A stretch of 63,359 nucleotides of DNA, counting the filler, from a bacterium (lineage in GTDB: Bacteria > UBP15 > UBA6099 > JAJRTR01): NCBI GenBank assembly GCA_024278215.1. It is 6 parts of 6 records of this genome, joined end to end, with 100 filler letters (N's around TTAATTAATTAA, not from the genome) between each part and the next. Parts side by side here need not be neighbours in the genome. Positions count along the whole stretch, not along the records: positions 1 to 24,256 come from JAJRTR010000108.1; 5 more parts are not named here. One strand, given 5' to 3'. Position numbers and translations under genes: made by a program. Below are positions 1 to 10,002 of the stretch, in pieces; the stretch's first letter is position 1; the number at the start of each line of letters is the position of its first letter. The notes under the pieces are model-generated. The model searched no databases. It saw nothing but the letters and a program-made list of their open reading frames with translations, and had not been told where the DNA came from.

Positions 1-139
1 CTATTGTCCATAGCTGCGTTGTCGGCACAAAATCGTCCTCGACGTACTCTACAAGTACGCCTGCGAGGATTTTACACCTCCGCCTTGCTCCGAACAATTT
101 AGCTCGACCTCGCTACGAACATAATTTTGCAATTGGCTC
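1..139 (-). mobile_element. MITE family A (178-bp element), partial copy at window start
   Basis: Reverse complement of the element at 31955-32132; ends in TIR ATTTTGCAATTGGCTC. Confidence 0.9.
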
Positions 140-305
140 TACAGATGTCGCCTTTTAAGACTCTTTCTCAATTATACGTCCCTGTATTGTGCAGTCAAGT
201 TTTTGTTGTGCCTGCCAGTCAAAATACATTACCCTTCACATTTTCATTCCCGGCCAGGACCCGGAATCCGGGAAACCCTAGCTACAGTTCTACCGGCACT
301 GATGC

Positions 306-342
306 TCGTGCCCAGACAAAAGCGGTTTGAGCACGGCACACA
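306..342 (-). repeat. REP-like 37-bp hairpin (family D), copy 1
   Basis: Reverse complement TGTGTGCCGTGCTCAAACCGCTTTTGTCTGGGCACGA matches 36101-36137 with 2 mismatches. Confidence 0.75.
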
Positions 343-442
343 TGCTTTATCTCAACCCCGGAGTAAATCCGAGGTATTCTTTTCGAGTAAACGCCCCCCG
401 GCTTTGTCGGTGGATTTCACGAATTAAATTTTCAATTTCTAC

Positions 443-500
443 TTGACGTTTTCTGACCGAACGGTTAGTATTATTTCAGAAAGACTGACCGGATGGTCAG
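443..500 (+). promoter_or_regulatory. Sigma70-type promoter with two candidate TetR operators
   Basis: TTGACG(443-448)-17 bp-TAGTAT(466-471). Imperfect palindromes CTGACCGAACGGTTAG (453-468) and CTGACCGGATGGTCAG (485-500) lie upstream of the tetR-family gene. Confidence 0.75.
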
Positions 501-537
501 AGCGACAGCGTATACATGTAACGGATGTGTCGAATAA

Positions 538-1203
538 ATGATTGGTAATACAAAAACAAAGACAGTAATAAGTAAAAACAAACCGAACGGCTTCGGTAAA
601 AGCGCTGAGACACGTGATCGTATTCTCAATGCCGCTGAAGAACTTTTTATTGAAGGCGGCTTCGACGGTGTCAGTATAAGTGATGTTGCGAAAAAAGCGA
701 ATTGCTCGAAGGCTCTCATTTTTTTTCATTTTCACAACAAGCGTGAACTTTTTGGCAGTGTTTTAGACAGATACTACTCGGCGCAGGCCGGTGTTCTGAT
801 GGCGGCAGTCGACGAGGGCGGCAATGTGCGCGACAGGATACACGCAGGCATCGGCGCTTATATGGATTTCATCGAGTCGAGGCCGGGATACCCGAGGCTG
901 ATACTGGGTGAAATATGCTCGAACTCGTCAAATCTGGACAGAATCGTCCAGCACATGACGCCGCTGTATACATGGGGCCGCACGGTTTTCGGAGACATCC
1001 TGCCGGATGAAGGTCCGCTGTCGCACCGCCAGTTTTTCATCAGCGTGTTCGGTATCATTATCAACTACTTTACTTATGCGCCCGTCATCGAAAAGTTGTG
1101 GGATCAGGAAATAATGAAGAAGGATGCTCTTTCGGAGCGAAGAGAGCATGTGCATACGGTAATCGACAGGATAATTGATGAATTTATAGCGGTTGGCATG
1201 TAA
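538..1203 (+). CDS. TetR/AcrR family transcriptional regulator
   Basis: N-terminal HTH RILNAAEELFIEGGFDGVSISDVAKKANCSKALIFFHFHNKRELF. Confidence 0.95.
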   Translation: MIGNTKTKTVISKNKPNGFGKSAETRDRILNAAEELFIEGGFDGVSISDVAKKANCSKALIFFHFHNKRELFGSVLDRYYSAQAGVLMAAVDEGGNVRDRIHAGIGAYMDFIESRPGYPRLILGEICSNSSNLDRIVQHMTPLYTWGRTVFGDILPDEGPLSHRQFFISVFGIIINYFTYAPVIEKLWDQEIMKKDALSERREHVHTVIDRIIDEFIAVGM

Positions 1204-1229
1204 GTGTGCGGCTCGCGGAGGTGTTCGCC

Positions 1230-3824
1230 ATGAAGGCGGCTGAAAAGACCGAACAGCAAATCAGCGACAGGATACTGCGCCTGCGCGGCAAGTATCGCGA
1301 GGAGACGCCGGAACTCTCCGTCGAGCGAGCGAAGTTTTACACTGAAAGTTGGCGTGCGACACAACACAAAGGGTATTCCAGCGTGAGGCGCGTGGCGCTT
1401 GCCATGAAAAATGTGTATGAGAATATGCACCATTACGTCGATCCTGACGACCGGATAGCAGGCTACTGGACAGAGTTTTTCCTAGGCATGCCCATCGACA
1501 TCGAGAGGGGTGTTTTCAACAGGGTGCTCGAGTCTGAACTCGACAGGAAGGACATGATAGGCTTCCGCATCAGGTCAGTTGCCGGAACGGTGTCATACCT
1601 GATAAAAAAACGTGCGCTGATGGACTTTGTGCAGAACGTGAAAATGACAAGAAAGATGGGACCCCAGCCGATGGACCTCGGCTTCGACACGATGTCGGAG
1701 CGAAAAATCAATAAGTACATTATTTCGTCTTCAAATAAAAGGATTCTTAAAAAGGAACTTATCCCCTATTGGCGCGGCAGGAGCGTCGTCGACAGAGTTG
1801 AAAGAAAAGTGCTTGGTTCCGACTTGCTGAGCGGAGACATGAAGGATTTCAACAAAGGCATCCCCGCGAACACATCGCGCCAGACTTTTATGCTCACGCC
1901 ATGCGCCACTATCGCTTCATACCAGGCGCATGTAATACTCGATTTCGAGAAAATAATTAACACCGGCCTGACGGCAATGAAAGCAGAAGTCGAAGAAAGA
2001 TTGAAGACCGCCGGCCAACTGTCCGGCGAACAGAAAGATTTCCTCGAATCCATGATTATTTCGCTTGACGGTGTGATGATATTCGCCCGGCGACTCGCTG
2101 ATGAAATCGAGTCGGAACTCGACAGGGAAACAACGCCGGAACGCAAGGTGGAACTCGGCCGTATGCTCGAGATATGCCGCAGGGTTCCGCTCGGACCTGC
2201 TACAGGTTTCAGGGAAGCCGTGCAATCCGCATGGACGGTTAAAACCGCAGTCGAACTCGCACATCCGGTAAATCTGCATTGCCTCGGACGCATGGACCGG
2301 ATTTTTTATCCATATTATGAGAAGGATATCGCCGAGGGGCACATCACGCGCGACGAAGTGCGCGATCTCCTGTCGGAACTCCTGCTGAAAATGATGTCGC
2401 AGAACATCAGGCCGGAATCGAATATCCTCAGTAATTTCTATCACCGCTATCTCGGTTCGGCACCGGTGACGATCGGCGGAATAACGCCGGACGGCGACGA
2501 CGGCACAAATGACCTGACATATCTTTTTATCGAAGCGGCGGACGAATCGAGGGCTATAACAAATGTGTCCGTTCGTGTGCATAAAGACACGTCCGACAAA
2601 CTGTACATTGCAGTGGCTGCGGCGCTTCGCAACGGGAGTTCCAACCTGTCGCTTTTCAATGATGACGTGAACATAGAGGCGATGAAGCGGAGGGGATTCG
2701 ACGAGCGCGACGCACGCGACTACGCGATCATGGGTTGTGTCGAGATGCTGTGCCCCGGCAAAACCGGCGGCATGAGCGCCTGCGCGCTGCTTCTCAGCAG
2801 GCTGCTCGACATCACTATGCGTAACGGCGATTCGCAGACACTTCTTGGCAGGATCGACGGCGTCGGACTGCGCACAGGAGACCCGGACACTTTCAAAACA
2901 TTCGACGAATTCCTCGATGCTCTGATCGCGCAGGCCGCACACCAGATAGAGCTGATTGCGGGCGCTTCAGACATGAAGGATGAACTATACGCGAAATATC
3001 TGCCCGCGCCGCTTATCTCCGCGTTTATTGAAGGTTGTCTCGATAACGCAACCGATGTCACGGCGGGCGGGGCCGTATACGACCTTTCCGGCGTGTCGTT
3101 CATCAACAGTATCGCGAATCTTGTCGACTCGGTGTATGTAATTAAGAAACTTATATTCGACGAAAAAGCGATCACTTTTAAAAAATTCATAAAAGCGCTG
3201 GACAGCAACTTCGAGGGCCACGGGAACCTTCTCGCCAGGATCAAGTCGATAGAAGGCAAATGGGGCAATGGCTGCGAGGAGGTCGACCAACTCGCAGCCT
3301 GTATCTCGAAGCGGCTTTTCGATGAAACATACAAATACACTTCATTCCGTGGCGGTCCCTATGTGCCGTACATGATCAGCATGATAACGCACACTATCGA
3401 CGGCCGGGTATCCATCGCGTCGCCCGACGGACGCAGGGCCGCCATGCCCTACGCCGCAAGTTGCAATCCATACAATGTCGAAAAGAGCGGCGTCACCGGC
3501 GCGATGAAATCTGTCGCGGCTATCGACTTCCGGGATGTACTCGGGTGCGCCGTCAATTTCAAATTTCACCCCGGCGCCGTCGGCGGAAACCCCGATACTC
3601 AGCAAAAATGGATTTCCCTTATCAGAACTTACTTTGGCATGGGCGGACAGCAGATTCAGCCCACAGTTGCATCCGCCGAAATGCTGCGAGACGCGCAGGT
3701 CAACCCGTCCGAGTATCGCGATCTAATAGTGAAGGTCGGTGGATACAGTACCTATTTCGTCGATCTCGGCAATGAGATTCAGGAAGAGATAATTGCTCGC
3801 ACCGAACACAATTTCGTAGATTAA
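1230..3824 (+). CDS. Glycyl radical enzyme (PFL-like family), function unknown
   Basis: Cys loop GCVE, SPDGR motif, C-terminal RDLIVKVGGYSTYF...EIIARTEH. SD GGAGGTG precedes ATG 1230. Confidence 0.92.
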   Translation: MKAAEKTEQQISDRILRLRGKYREETPELSVERAKFYTESWRATQHKGYSSVRRVALAMKNVYENMHHYVDPDDRIAGYWTEFFLGMPIDIERGVFNRVLESELDRKDMIGFRIRSVAGTVSYLIKKRALMDFVQNVKMTRKMGPQPMDLGFDTMSERKINKYIISSSNKRILKKELIPYWRGRSVVDRVERKVLGSDLLSGDMKDFNKGIPANTSRQTFMLTPCATIASYQAHVILDFEKIINTGLTAMKAEVEERLKTAGQLSGEQKDFLESMIISLDGVMIFARRLADEIESELDRETTPERKVELGRMLEICRRVPLGPATGFREAVQSAWTVKTAVELAHPVNLHCLGRMDRIFYPYYEKDIAEGHITRDEVRDLLSELLLKMMSQNIRPESNILSNFYHRYLGSAPVTIGGITPDGDDGTNDLTYLFIEAADESRAITNVSVRVHKDTSDKLYIAVAAALRNGSSNLSLFNDDVNIEAMKRRGFDERDARDYAIMGCVEMLCPGKTGGMSACALLLSRLLDITMRNGDSQTLLGRIDGVGLRTGDPDTFKTFDEFLDALIAQAAHQIELIAGASDMKDELYAKYLPAPLISAFIEGCLDNATDVTAGGAVYDLSGVSFINSIANLVDSVYVIKKLIFDEKAITFKKFIKALDSNFEGHGNLLARIKSIEGKWGNGCEEVDQLAACISKRLFDETYKYTSFRGGPYVPYMISMITHTIDGRVSIASPDGRRAAMPYAASCNPYNVEKSGVTGAMKSVAAIDFRDVLGCAVNFKFHPGAVGGNPDTQQKWISLIRTYFGMGGQQIQPTVASAEMLRDAQVNPSEYRDLIVKVGGYSTYFVDLGNEIQEEIIARTEHNFVD

Positions 3825-3861
3825 TTGCGGATAGAAACACTAATCATACAGGGAGGATTAT

Positions 3862-4632
3862 ATGGGTTTTGTAAGAACAAAAGAGGAGATCGAAAACTAT
3901 TACAAGTTTGCGGTGAGGCGATTCCCCGATTCAAAAATGATAGGAATGATGTATGAGACAGAGCCGGAGATTATCGAGCGACTGCTGCCGCCGCCGCTCG
4001 AACCCGCGGAGGAGACGTGGGCGCTGAGTTATGTCAGTATATTCCCGGATACGAATCTCGGACCCGGCTATCGCGAGAGCGCGCTTTTCATTCGGTGCAG
4101 CTACAAAGGCGAAGTCGGCAACTACTGCCTTTCGATGCCGCTCGACGGAAACGACGACCGGATATTCAACGGACGCGAGATATACGGCTTCCCAAAGAAG
4201 GTAGCGTCTATCAGCCTGTCCCGGAAAGGCAATATCGCCGAGGGATACGTCGAACGCCGTGGAGTGCGTTTCGCTACGCTTAAGGCCGAGCTGATGACGA
4301 AAATGGACGAGCCGCCTCTGAAAACCGGTCCCAGTATGTTGTTCAAGTTCCAGCCGCGCGCCGACCTGAAGCCGGGATTCGAGGGGCCGGTTCTGCTGGT
4401 CAGGCAGAGGACGGAAATCAATTATAAATCATTCGAAATGGGCGCGGGGGAAATAACATTCGAAGTTTCTCCACACGACCCGTGGCACGAAGTCAAATGC
4501 GTTCGTGTGATCGGCGCATATTACTTCACCGGCGATACTATAATGCACCCCGGCGAAGTGCTCACCGAAGTCGACGCAGACGCTTTCCTCCCATATTCAT
4601 TCTCGCGAACAGACTGGGGGTTTGAAAAATGA
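3862..4632 (+). CDS. Acetoacetate decarboxylase (ADC) superfamily protein
   Basis: LLPPPLEP, YRES and GREIYGFPKK (Schiff-base Lys position) motifs. Confidence 0.88.
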   Translation: MGFVRTKEEIENYYKFAVRRFPDSKMIGMMYETEPEIIERLLPPPLEPAEETWALSYVSIFPDTNLGPGYRESALFIRCSYKGEVGNYCLSMPLDGNDDRIFNGREIYGFPKKVASISLSRKGNIAEGYVERRGVRFATLKAELMTKMDEPPLKTGPSMLFKFQPRADLKPGFEGPVLLVRQRTEINYKSFEMGAGEITFEVSPHDPWHEVKCVRVIGAYYFTGDTIMHPGEVLTEVDADAFLPYSFSRTDWGFEK

Positions 4633-5828
4633 TCGATTTCTCTCCGTCGAAAGATCAGACGGAAATACAGAAACTCGCGCGGCGGTTCGCAAAGGAAGTT
4701 ATCCGGCCCGCCGAGATCGAACTCGATAAAATGGCGGACCCCGACGAAGCCTTTGCAAGCGACACGTTTAAAAATGTTATGAAACAGGCCTATGAACTGG
4801 GTTTCCACAAGATGGGGATCCGCGAAGAATTCGGCGGGCTGGGGCTCGACCCCTCGACAACCGGGCTCGTGTGGGAAGAGCTCGCGGTCGGCGGTGTCGG
4901 CATCACCGCCACATTGCTCGCCGCGCCCGTCGCCGTGCTCTTCATCAGCATTCTTGCCGCCGACAGGCAGGATATGGTCGACAAATACGTCATTCCCTAC
5001 TGCGAGGACGACTGCGCCGAGCACATCACCGCGTGGGGCAGTTCCGAAGGCAACATCGGCTCCGACGGCAGCAATTATACAGACAAGAATGTCAGGCACG
5101 AAACGAGGGCCGTGAAAAAAGACGGACACTGGATTATAAACGGCGCGAAATCAAGTTTCGTAAGCAACGGCGGTATAGCCGACCTCTTTCTGCTGTTTGC
5201 GAATGTCGAGCCGGATAAAGGAATCTGCGGTTCCGGCATTTTCCTTGTTCCGCTCGGTGATGGCGTCACACGCGGAAAGGCGATGGACAAGGTCGGAATG
5301 CGCGCGCTGAACCAGGCCGACCTTTCGTTCGACGATGTGAAAATCCCCGAGGATTACATGATATCGCCTCCCGGCGACAACTACCCGATAATGCACAATG
5401 CAATAAAAACAGTCGGCAACATTGGTGTCGGCTACCTTGCCGTCGGTCTCATGCGCGCCGCCTACGTAGAAGCGCTCCAGTATTCGAAGGAGCGTGTGCA
5501 GTTCGGAAAACCGATCAAAGAACATCAGGCGATAATGTTCAAGCTCTTCGAGACATTCCAGGCTATCGAAGCATCGCGCGCACTGCTGTGGAAAGCGTCG
5601 TGGACACTCGCGAAACAGTTTATGGGCGACCTCAAGCTGTCGGCCGCCGCTCGCGTTTTCGCAACCAACAATGCGATGAAGCACACCGTCGAGATGATAC
5701 AGGTGCTTGGCGGATACGGGATTTCCAGGGAATACACAATCGAGAAATACATGCGCGACGCGAAACTTCTCCAGATCATGGACGCAACAAACGAGATCAT
5801 GACCATAAAAGGCGCAGCACTGATGTAG
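4629..5828 (+). CDS. Acyl-CoA dehydrogenase
   Basis: WIINGAKSSFVSNG, ERVQFGKPI, QVLGGYG, EKYMRDAK; ATGA overlap with the upstream gene. Confidence 0.95.
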   Translation: MIDFSPSKDQTEIQKLARRFAKEVIRPAEIELDKMADPDEAFASDTFKNVMKQAYELGFHKMGIREEFGGLGLDPSTTGLVWEELAVGGVGITATLLAAPVAVLFISILAADRQDMVDKYVIPYCEDDCAEHITAWGSSEGNIGSDGSNYTDKNVRHETRAVKKDGHWIINGAKSSFVSNGGIADLFLLFANVEPDKGICGSGIFLVPLGDGVTRGKAMDKVGMRALNQADLSFDDVKIPEDYMISPPGDNYPIMHNAIKTVGNIGVGYLAVGLMRAAYVEALQYSKERVQFGKPIKEHQAIMFKLFETFQAIEASRALLWKASWTLAKQFMGDLKLSAAARVFATNNAMKHTVEMIQVLGGYGISREYTIEKYMRDAKLLQIMDATNEIMTIKGAALM

Positions 5829-5908
5829 AGCACAGCCTTTTTATTTCCTTATTTCGGATATGTCGGTATTTACTGAATTCTGTAAATTATGGAGTTGTTT
5901 ATAATGCC

Positions 5909-6550
5909 TTATCTGCCCTGGACATCCGAGCCCCATATTATTTTATGCAATTGAATATGCAGTCTGGCCATGAGCCTGTCTTCGAGCATCCATTTGCTCA
6001 ATTCCCTCGGGTCCAGCACACCCATAACAGGCGACATAAGCACTGAACATATCATGTCGAGTTCGTATTCGTCAATCACGTCTACAGCCCATCTGTAATC
6101 GTCGTAGTCCATCATTACGAATTTGACATTGTCCTGCTCGGATATGAAATCGAGGTTGCCGAATATCATCTTTTCGTGCTCGCCGCTTCCGGGGCATTTC
6201 AGGTCCATTACCGTCACCACATCGCCCGGCACTTTGCTGATATCGACGCTCCCGCTTGTCTCGACAAGCACGATATGCCCCAGGTCCATAAGGCGGTTTA
6301 TCAGGTCGAACACATCTTCCTGCAACAGCGGCTCGCCCCCGGTGATCAGCACCGGCGCCACTTCGTACTTTCTCGTGCTTCTGACGATCTGTTCGACAGA
6401 CATTTCTATTCCGTTGTCGTAGGCGTAGTCCGTATCGCAATATGTGCATCGGAGGTTGCAGCCGGTGAGCCTTATGATCGTGCATGGCATGCCTGCGTAA
6501 GTGCTTTCGCCAAGTATGCTGCAAAATATCTCATTGATGCGTATCGGCAT
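5909..6550 (-). CDS. queE: 7-carboxy-7-deazaguanine synthase (radical SAM)
   Basis: EIFCSILGES, CNLRCTYCD (CX3CX2C), ITGGEP, C-terminal QLHKIIW. Confidence 0.88.
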   Translation of the reverse strand: MPIRINEIFCSILGESTYAGMPCTIIRLTGCNLRCTYCDTDYAYDNGIEMSVEQIVRSTRKYEVAPVLITGGEPLLQEDVFDLINRLMDLGHIVLVETSGSVDISKVPGDVVTVMDLKCPGSGEHEKMIFGNLDFISEQDNVKFVMMDYDDYRWAVDVIDEYELDMICSVLMSPVMGVLDPRELSKWMLEDRLMARLHIQLHKIIWGSDVQGR

Positions 6551-6597
6551 AATAATTATTTCTCCGGATAATACGTCCGAGGACACTCCCTGCCGGC

Positions 6598-7944
6598 TCA
6601 ACCCTGCAGTTGTTGCGGCTTTACCGGCAATTTCAGATTTATCAGCGTATAATTCTGTATACTTTTGCTATATAGCAATGTGCTATTATCCTTTATCCTG
6701 CATTCGACGTTACCGTCGTCGCCGAGTGTCAGAGAAATCTTATAATCCCATTCGCCGTCGTATATTCTCACCGGTTTTCCCGTCCACTCCTGAGGCAGAC
6801 ATGGATGGAGCACATATCTGTCGCGGAATTTCAGGAATCCCGCGACCTGCTCGATCAGCATAAGCGCCGCGACAATTCTCGCTATCATGAATTTCGTCGT
6901 TTTCTCGAGTCCCGCTGTATACAGTGCCGCAGACAGCGCATAGCCGGCTCCCTCTTCATAATATCCATACTTTCTGAGTCCATCGGCAACAAGTCTGAAA
7001 AGCGGCGCGACGGACGGCTCGCTTCTCAACAATGTTATCCGGTCGGACACAGCGGGCAACCATTGCATCATTCTCTCCGCCTGCTCTTTTGTCGGTATCT
7101 CCGCCGCCATCGGCAGAAAACCTGACATCGCCATATCCCTCACAACCGTCTCTCCGACAAGGTCATAATAAAAACCGCTGTCTTCGTCCCACATGCTTTC
7201 GTGAATCAATTCGCCGAGCGCACGTGAAGATTCCATGAACTTTTCCGCCGCGTTGTTGTGGCCGAATTTATATGCAAGTTTCGACATTATCTGCATTCTA
7301 CAGGTGTTGAGACTGTTGAACGCAACCGAACGCACTGAGTCCTTCACACCCGACAGGCCGGGATGCGACCGCCTTAATTCGAGTGTCGCCGGATCGCCTG
7401 AAAACTCTGCCGCGGATGTGTGGACATACATTCCTTCGACACTTTTCCTGTGAATGGTCTGCCAGTCGGCGAACTTATTCATGCAATCGAACAGGGTGTC
7501 GCTGTCTCGCAGCTTTCCCAGCATGGCAAGCCGCCATATTGCATTAAAAAGGTATGGACCCGCGCAATAGCCTGTTGTTCGTAACGGACGTATCAAATCA
7601 GGTATTGCGCCCTCGTCCAGTTGATTCTCGAAAAAAAGTGCGGTAAGGTCGTTTTCGATACCGGAATCGTAAAACGAAATAAATTCCGACGCCAGAGCCG
7701 ATTCGGTCGCAGCCGCGACCGGTTCTCCTGTTCCGGACTTCAACCAACGCCTTCTTAGCTTCATCCCGAACGGCATCGAAAGCGATGCTTCTATTTCTCC
7801 TGTCAGCTCTTTCATCATGAGATTCATTTTTTCGTCTGGAACCCTCATGTCGAACTCGCCGGGTGTCAGCCATCTCGAACCAAGGTACCTTCTCACACGG
7901 TTCAACGCTTTCAATGATGTATTAAAAAATATATCGTCCATCAT
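6598..7944 (-). CDS. Degenerate (alpha/alpha)6 glycoside hydrolase-like protein (GH63/MGH1-like)
   Basis: LIHESMWDEDSGFYYDL, GFLPM...EQAERM and GLRKYGY segments are present; typical catalytic motifs were not recognised. Confidence 0.6.
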   Translation of the reverse strand: MMDDIFFNTSLKALNRVRRYLGSRWLTPGEFDMRVPDEKMNLMMKELTGEIEASLSMPFGMKLRRRWLKSGTGEPVAAATESALASEFISFYDSGIENDLTALFFENQLDEGAIPDLIRPLRTTGYCAGPYLFNAIWRLAMLGKLRDSDTLFDCMNKFADWQTIHRKSVEGMYVHTSAAEFSGDPATLELRRSHPGLSGVKDSVRSVAFNSLNTCRMQIMSKLAYKFGHNNAAEKFMESSRALGELIHESMWDEDSGFYYDLVGETVVRDMAMSGFLPMAAEIPTKEQAERMMQWLPAVSDRITLLRSEPSVAPLFRLVADGLRKYGYYEEGAGYALSAALYTAGLEKTTKFMIARIVAALMLIEQVAGFLKFRDRYVLHPCLPQEWTGKPVRIYDGEWDYKISLTLGDDGNVECRIKDNSTLLYSKSIQNYTLINLKLPVKPQQLQG

Positions 7945-8059
7945 TCCAGTTCCATCCGTTTATGTTGTTGAGCCACTTTCGAGCCGCCGGCTCCTGTTCA
8001 ATATCTTAATACCTCGCACAATAAAAGGAAACAATTCGAAATTATCCACAAACTCGATT

Positions 8060-9112
8060 TCAATATATCAGCATCGCGTCGCCGAAACTGTAAAAACGGT
8101 ATTTCAGGTCGATAGCTTTTCTGTACGATTCAAGGATGAATTCGCGGCCCGCGAAAGCGCTAACAAGCGCCAGCAGAGTCGAGCGCGGGAGATGAAAATT
8201 TGTAATAAGCGCATCGACGATTTTAAATTGCTCGCGTCTGTAGATAAAGATATCCGTAGGGCCGCTTCGTCCCGTGGGCGACTCGATCCACTCGATTTTC
8301 GGGCGACCCGCCGCCCAGCTCTCCAGACTGCGAACCGCTGTTGTTCCCACGGCGATTATCCTTCCGCCCGCCGCGGCGGTTTCACATATTATTTCGGCAG
8401 TTCTGTCGGGTACATTGAAATATTCAGTGTGCATCCTGTGTTCTTCGAGCGTTTCCGTGTCGACAGGCCTGAATGTGTCTATACCGATGTGAAGCGTAAC
8501 CGCCGCGAAATCTACGCCCATCGACTTCACGCTGCCTATCAGGTCCTTCGTGAAGTGCAGCCCCGCCGTTGGTGCGGCGGTCGAGCCGGTGTTTTTCGCA
8601 TATACGGTCTGGTAGCGTTCGGGATCGTCGATGCTTTTCTTTATATATGGCGGCAAGGGTGTCGCGCCGTACTTTTCGAGGAAAGATATTACAGCTCCTT
8701 CCGGAACCTCCACGATACATATACCTCGCTCGCGTTTCTCACGCACGATACAGAACGGCGACTTCATTGATTCGTGGAAAAGCTCCGTACCTTCCTTCAA
8801 TCTTTTACCGGGCCTCGCGAGCGCTTTCCACATGCAGGGTTTCGTGTTATCTTCATTCAGGAATAAAAGCTCGATTTTCGCGCCCGTGCTCTTATGAACG
8901 AAAAGACGCGCCGGAAAAACTTTCGATTCATTAACCACAAGCAGATCGCCCGCGCGAAGGTATTCCGGCAGATCATAAAAATGCCTGTCGGCTATGGCCC
9001 GGCCTCTTCTGTCGAGCGCGAGAAGTCTCGAAGCCTTCCTGTCCGCAAGAGGTTCCTGCGCGATATATTCCCCGGGAAGATCGTAATCGTAGAGACTCGT
9101 TTCATGTGCCAA
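8060..9112 (-). CDS. queA: SAM:tRNA ribosyltransferase-isomerase
   Basis: YDLP..IAQEP, PLPPYI, YQTVYA, AAPTAGLHF, TNFHLPRSTL, YRFYSFGDAM. Confidence 0.98.
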   Translation of the reverse strand: MAHETSLYDYDLPGEYIAQEPLADRKASRLLALDRRGRAIADRHFYDLPEYLRAGDLLVVNESKVFPARLFVHKSTGAKIELLFLNEDNTKPCMWKALARPGKRLKEGTELFHESMKSPFCIVREKRERGICIVEVPEGAVISFLEKYGATPLPPYIKKSIDDPERYQTVYAKNTGSTAAPTAGLHFTKDLIGSVKSMGVDFAAVTLHIGIDTFRPVDTETLEEHRMHTEYFNVPDRTAEIICETAAAGGRIIAVGTTAVRSLESWAAGRPKIEWIESPTGRSGPTDIFIYRREQFKIVDALITNFHLPRSTLLALVSAFAGREFILESYRKAIDLKYRFYSFGDAMLIY

Positions 9113-9118
9113 TTGCGG

Positions 9119-9334
9119 TTATCTCCTGAAGAAAATATTAAGAATGATCGAAAGGATGATACTGATGACAATACATGTGACTATCGGAAAGAAAAATGAA
9201 GTGTTGCCGCGTCTGATATAAATGTCGCCGGGCAGTCTCCAATGGTGCGATAACCTGCCGCCGAACGCAAGGAACGCACCCAGCAGGGCAATCGCCGCCC
9301 CGGCGAACATCAGCATTTTCCCTGTCGACACCAT
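9119..9334 (-). CDS. DUF2905-type small membrane protein
   Basis: RLPGDI..R...FFFPIVTCI..S motif; commonly found upstream of queA. Confidence 0.85.
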   Translation of the reverse strand: MVSTGKMLMFAGAAIALLGAFLAFGGRLSHHWRLPGDIYIRRGNTSFFFPIVTCIVISIILSIILNIFFRR

Positions 9335-9390
9335 ATCCCCCGTATGAAACCGTCCAATCTTATCGTTGCTGTACAGCAATCGTATTATGA

Positions 9391-9906
9391 TCAGTAGCCG
9401 CCTGCCCGGTATTCTTTCGCTCGTTCGATGTAGTGAAGCGCAATTGCGCTGTTGACCGCGACCTCTTCGTCTGTGACTTCCCTGATAAGGCGCGCCGGCG
9501 TGCCGAGCAGAAACGATCTCGCCGGAAACTTTTTGCCGGGTGTCACAACACTACCGGCAGCGATTATGCTGCCCTCTCCGATTTCCGCGCCGTCAAGTAT
9601 CGTCGAGCCCATGCCCACGACACAGTTGTCGGCAACAGAACATCCGTGAATAATAACATTATGTCCCACTACGACATTATTGCCTAAGACGCAGGGGAAA
9701 CCGGTCGAAACGTGCACGACACTACCGTCCTGGATATTAGTGCCGTCGCCGATCTTAACTTGCTCCATGTCGCCCCGCACTATCGCGTTAAACCAGATGC
9801 TTGACCCGGCGCCTATTTCCACATCGCCTATCACCACCGCGCCCTTTGCTATATATGCCGTCTCGTGTATCGACGGTTCTTTATCCCTGTAGCTGCCTGT
9901 TATCAT
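9391..9906 (-). CDS. Gamma-class carbonic anhydrase family (YrdA/PaaY-like)
   Basis: Hexapeptide repeats, VRGD, NIQD..VH, GH...HGC. Confidence 0.93.
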   Translation of the reverse strand: MITGSYRDKEPSIHETAYIAKGAVVIGDVEIGAGSSIWFNAIVRGDMEQVKIGDGTNIQDGSVVHVSTGFPCVLGNNVVVGHNVIIHGCSVADNCVVGMGSTILDGAEIGEGSIIAAGSVVTPGKKFPARSFLLGTPARLIREVTDEEVAVNSAIALHYIERAKEYRAGGY

Positions 9907-10002
9907 AAAATCGCTCCATTACATATAAATATCGACATCGGAAAGTTTATGGCAAAAGAGGCGAAAATCAATAGAAACACATCAAAAACATCAAAGTTGT
10001 CT

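Noticed and set aside
385-422. IS200/IS605-like end hairpin (GCCCCCGGCTTTGTCGGTGGA)
   Set aside because: Degenerate, single copy, with no tnpA or tnpB nearby.
5909-6550. Radical SAM gene as the activase of the neighbouring GRE
   Set aside because: It is convergent to the operon, has QueE-specific termini and lies in a que cluster.
7817-8770. Long antisense ORFs (also 1917-2942, 44572-45462, 61852-62742)
   Set aside because: Shadows of well-supported genes on the opposite strand; no motifs.
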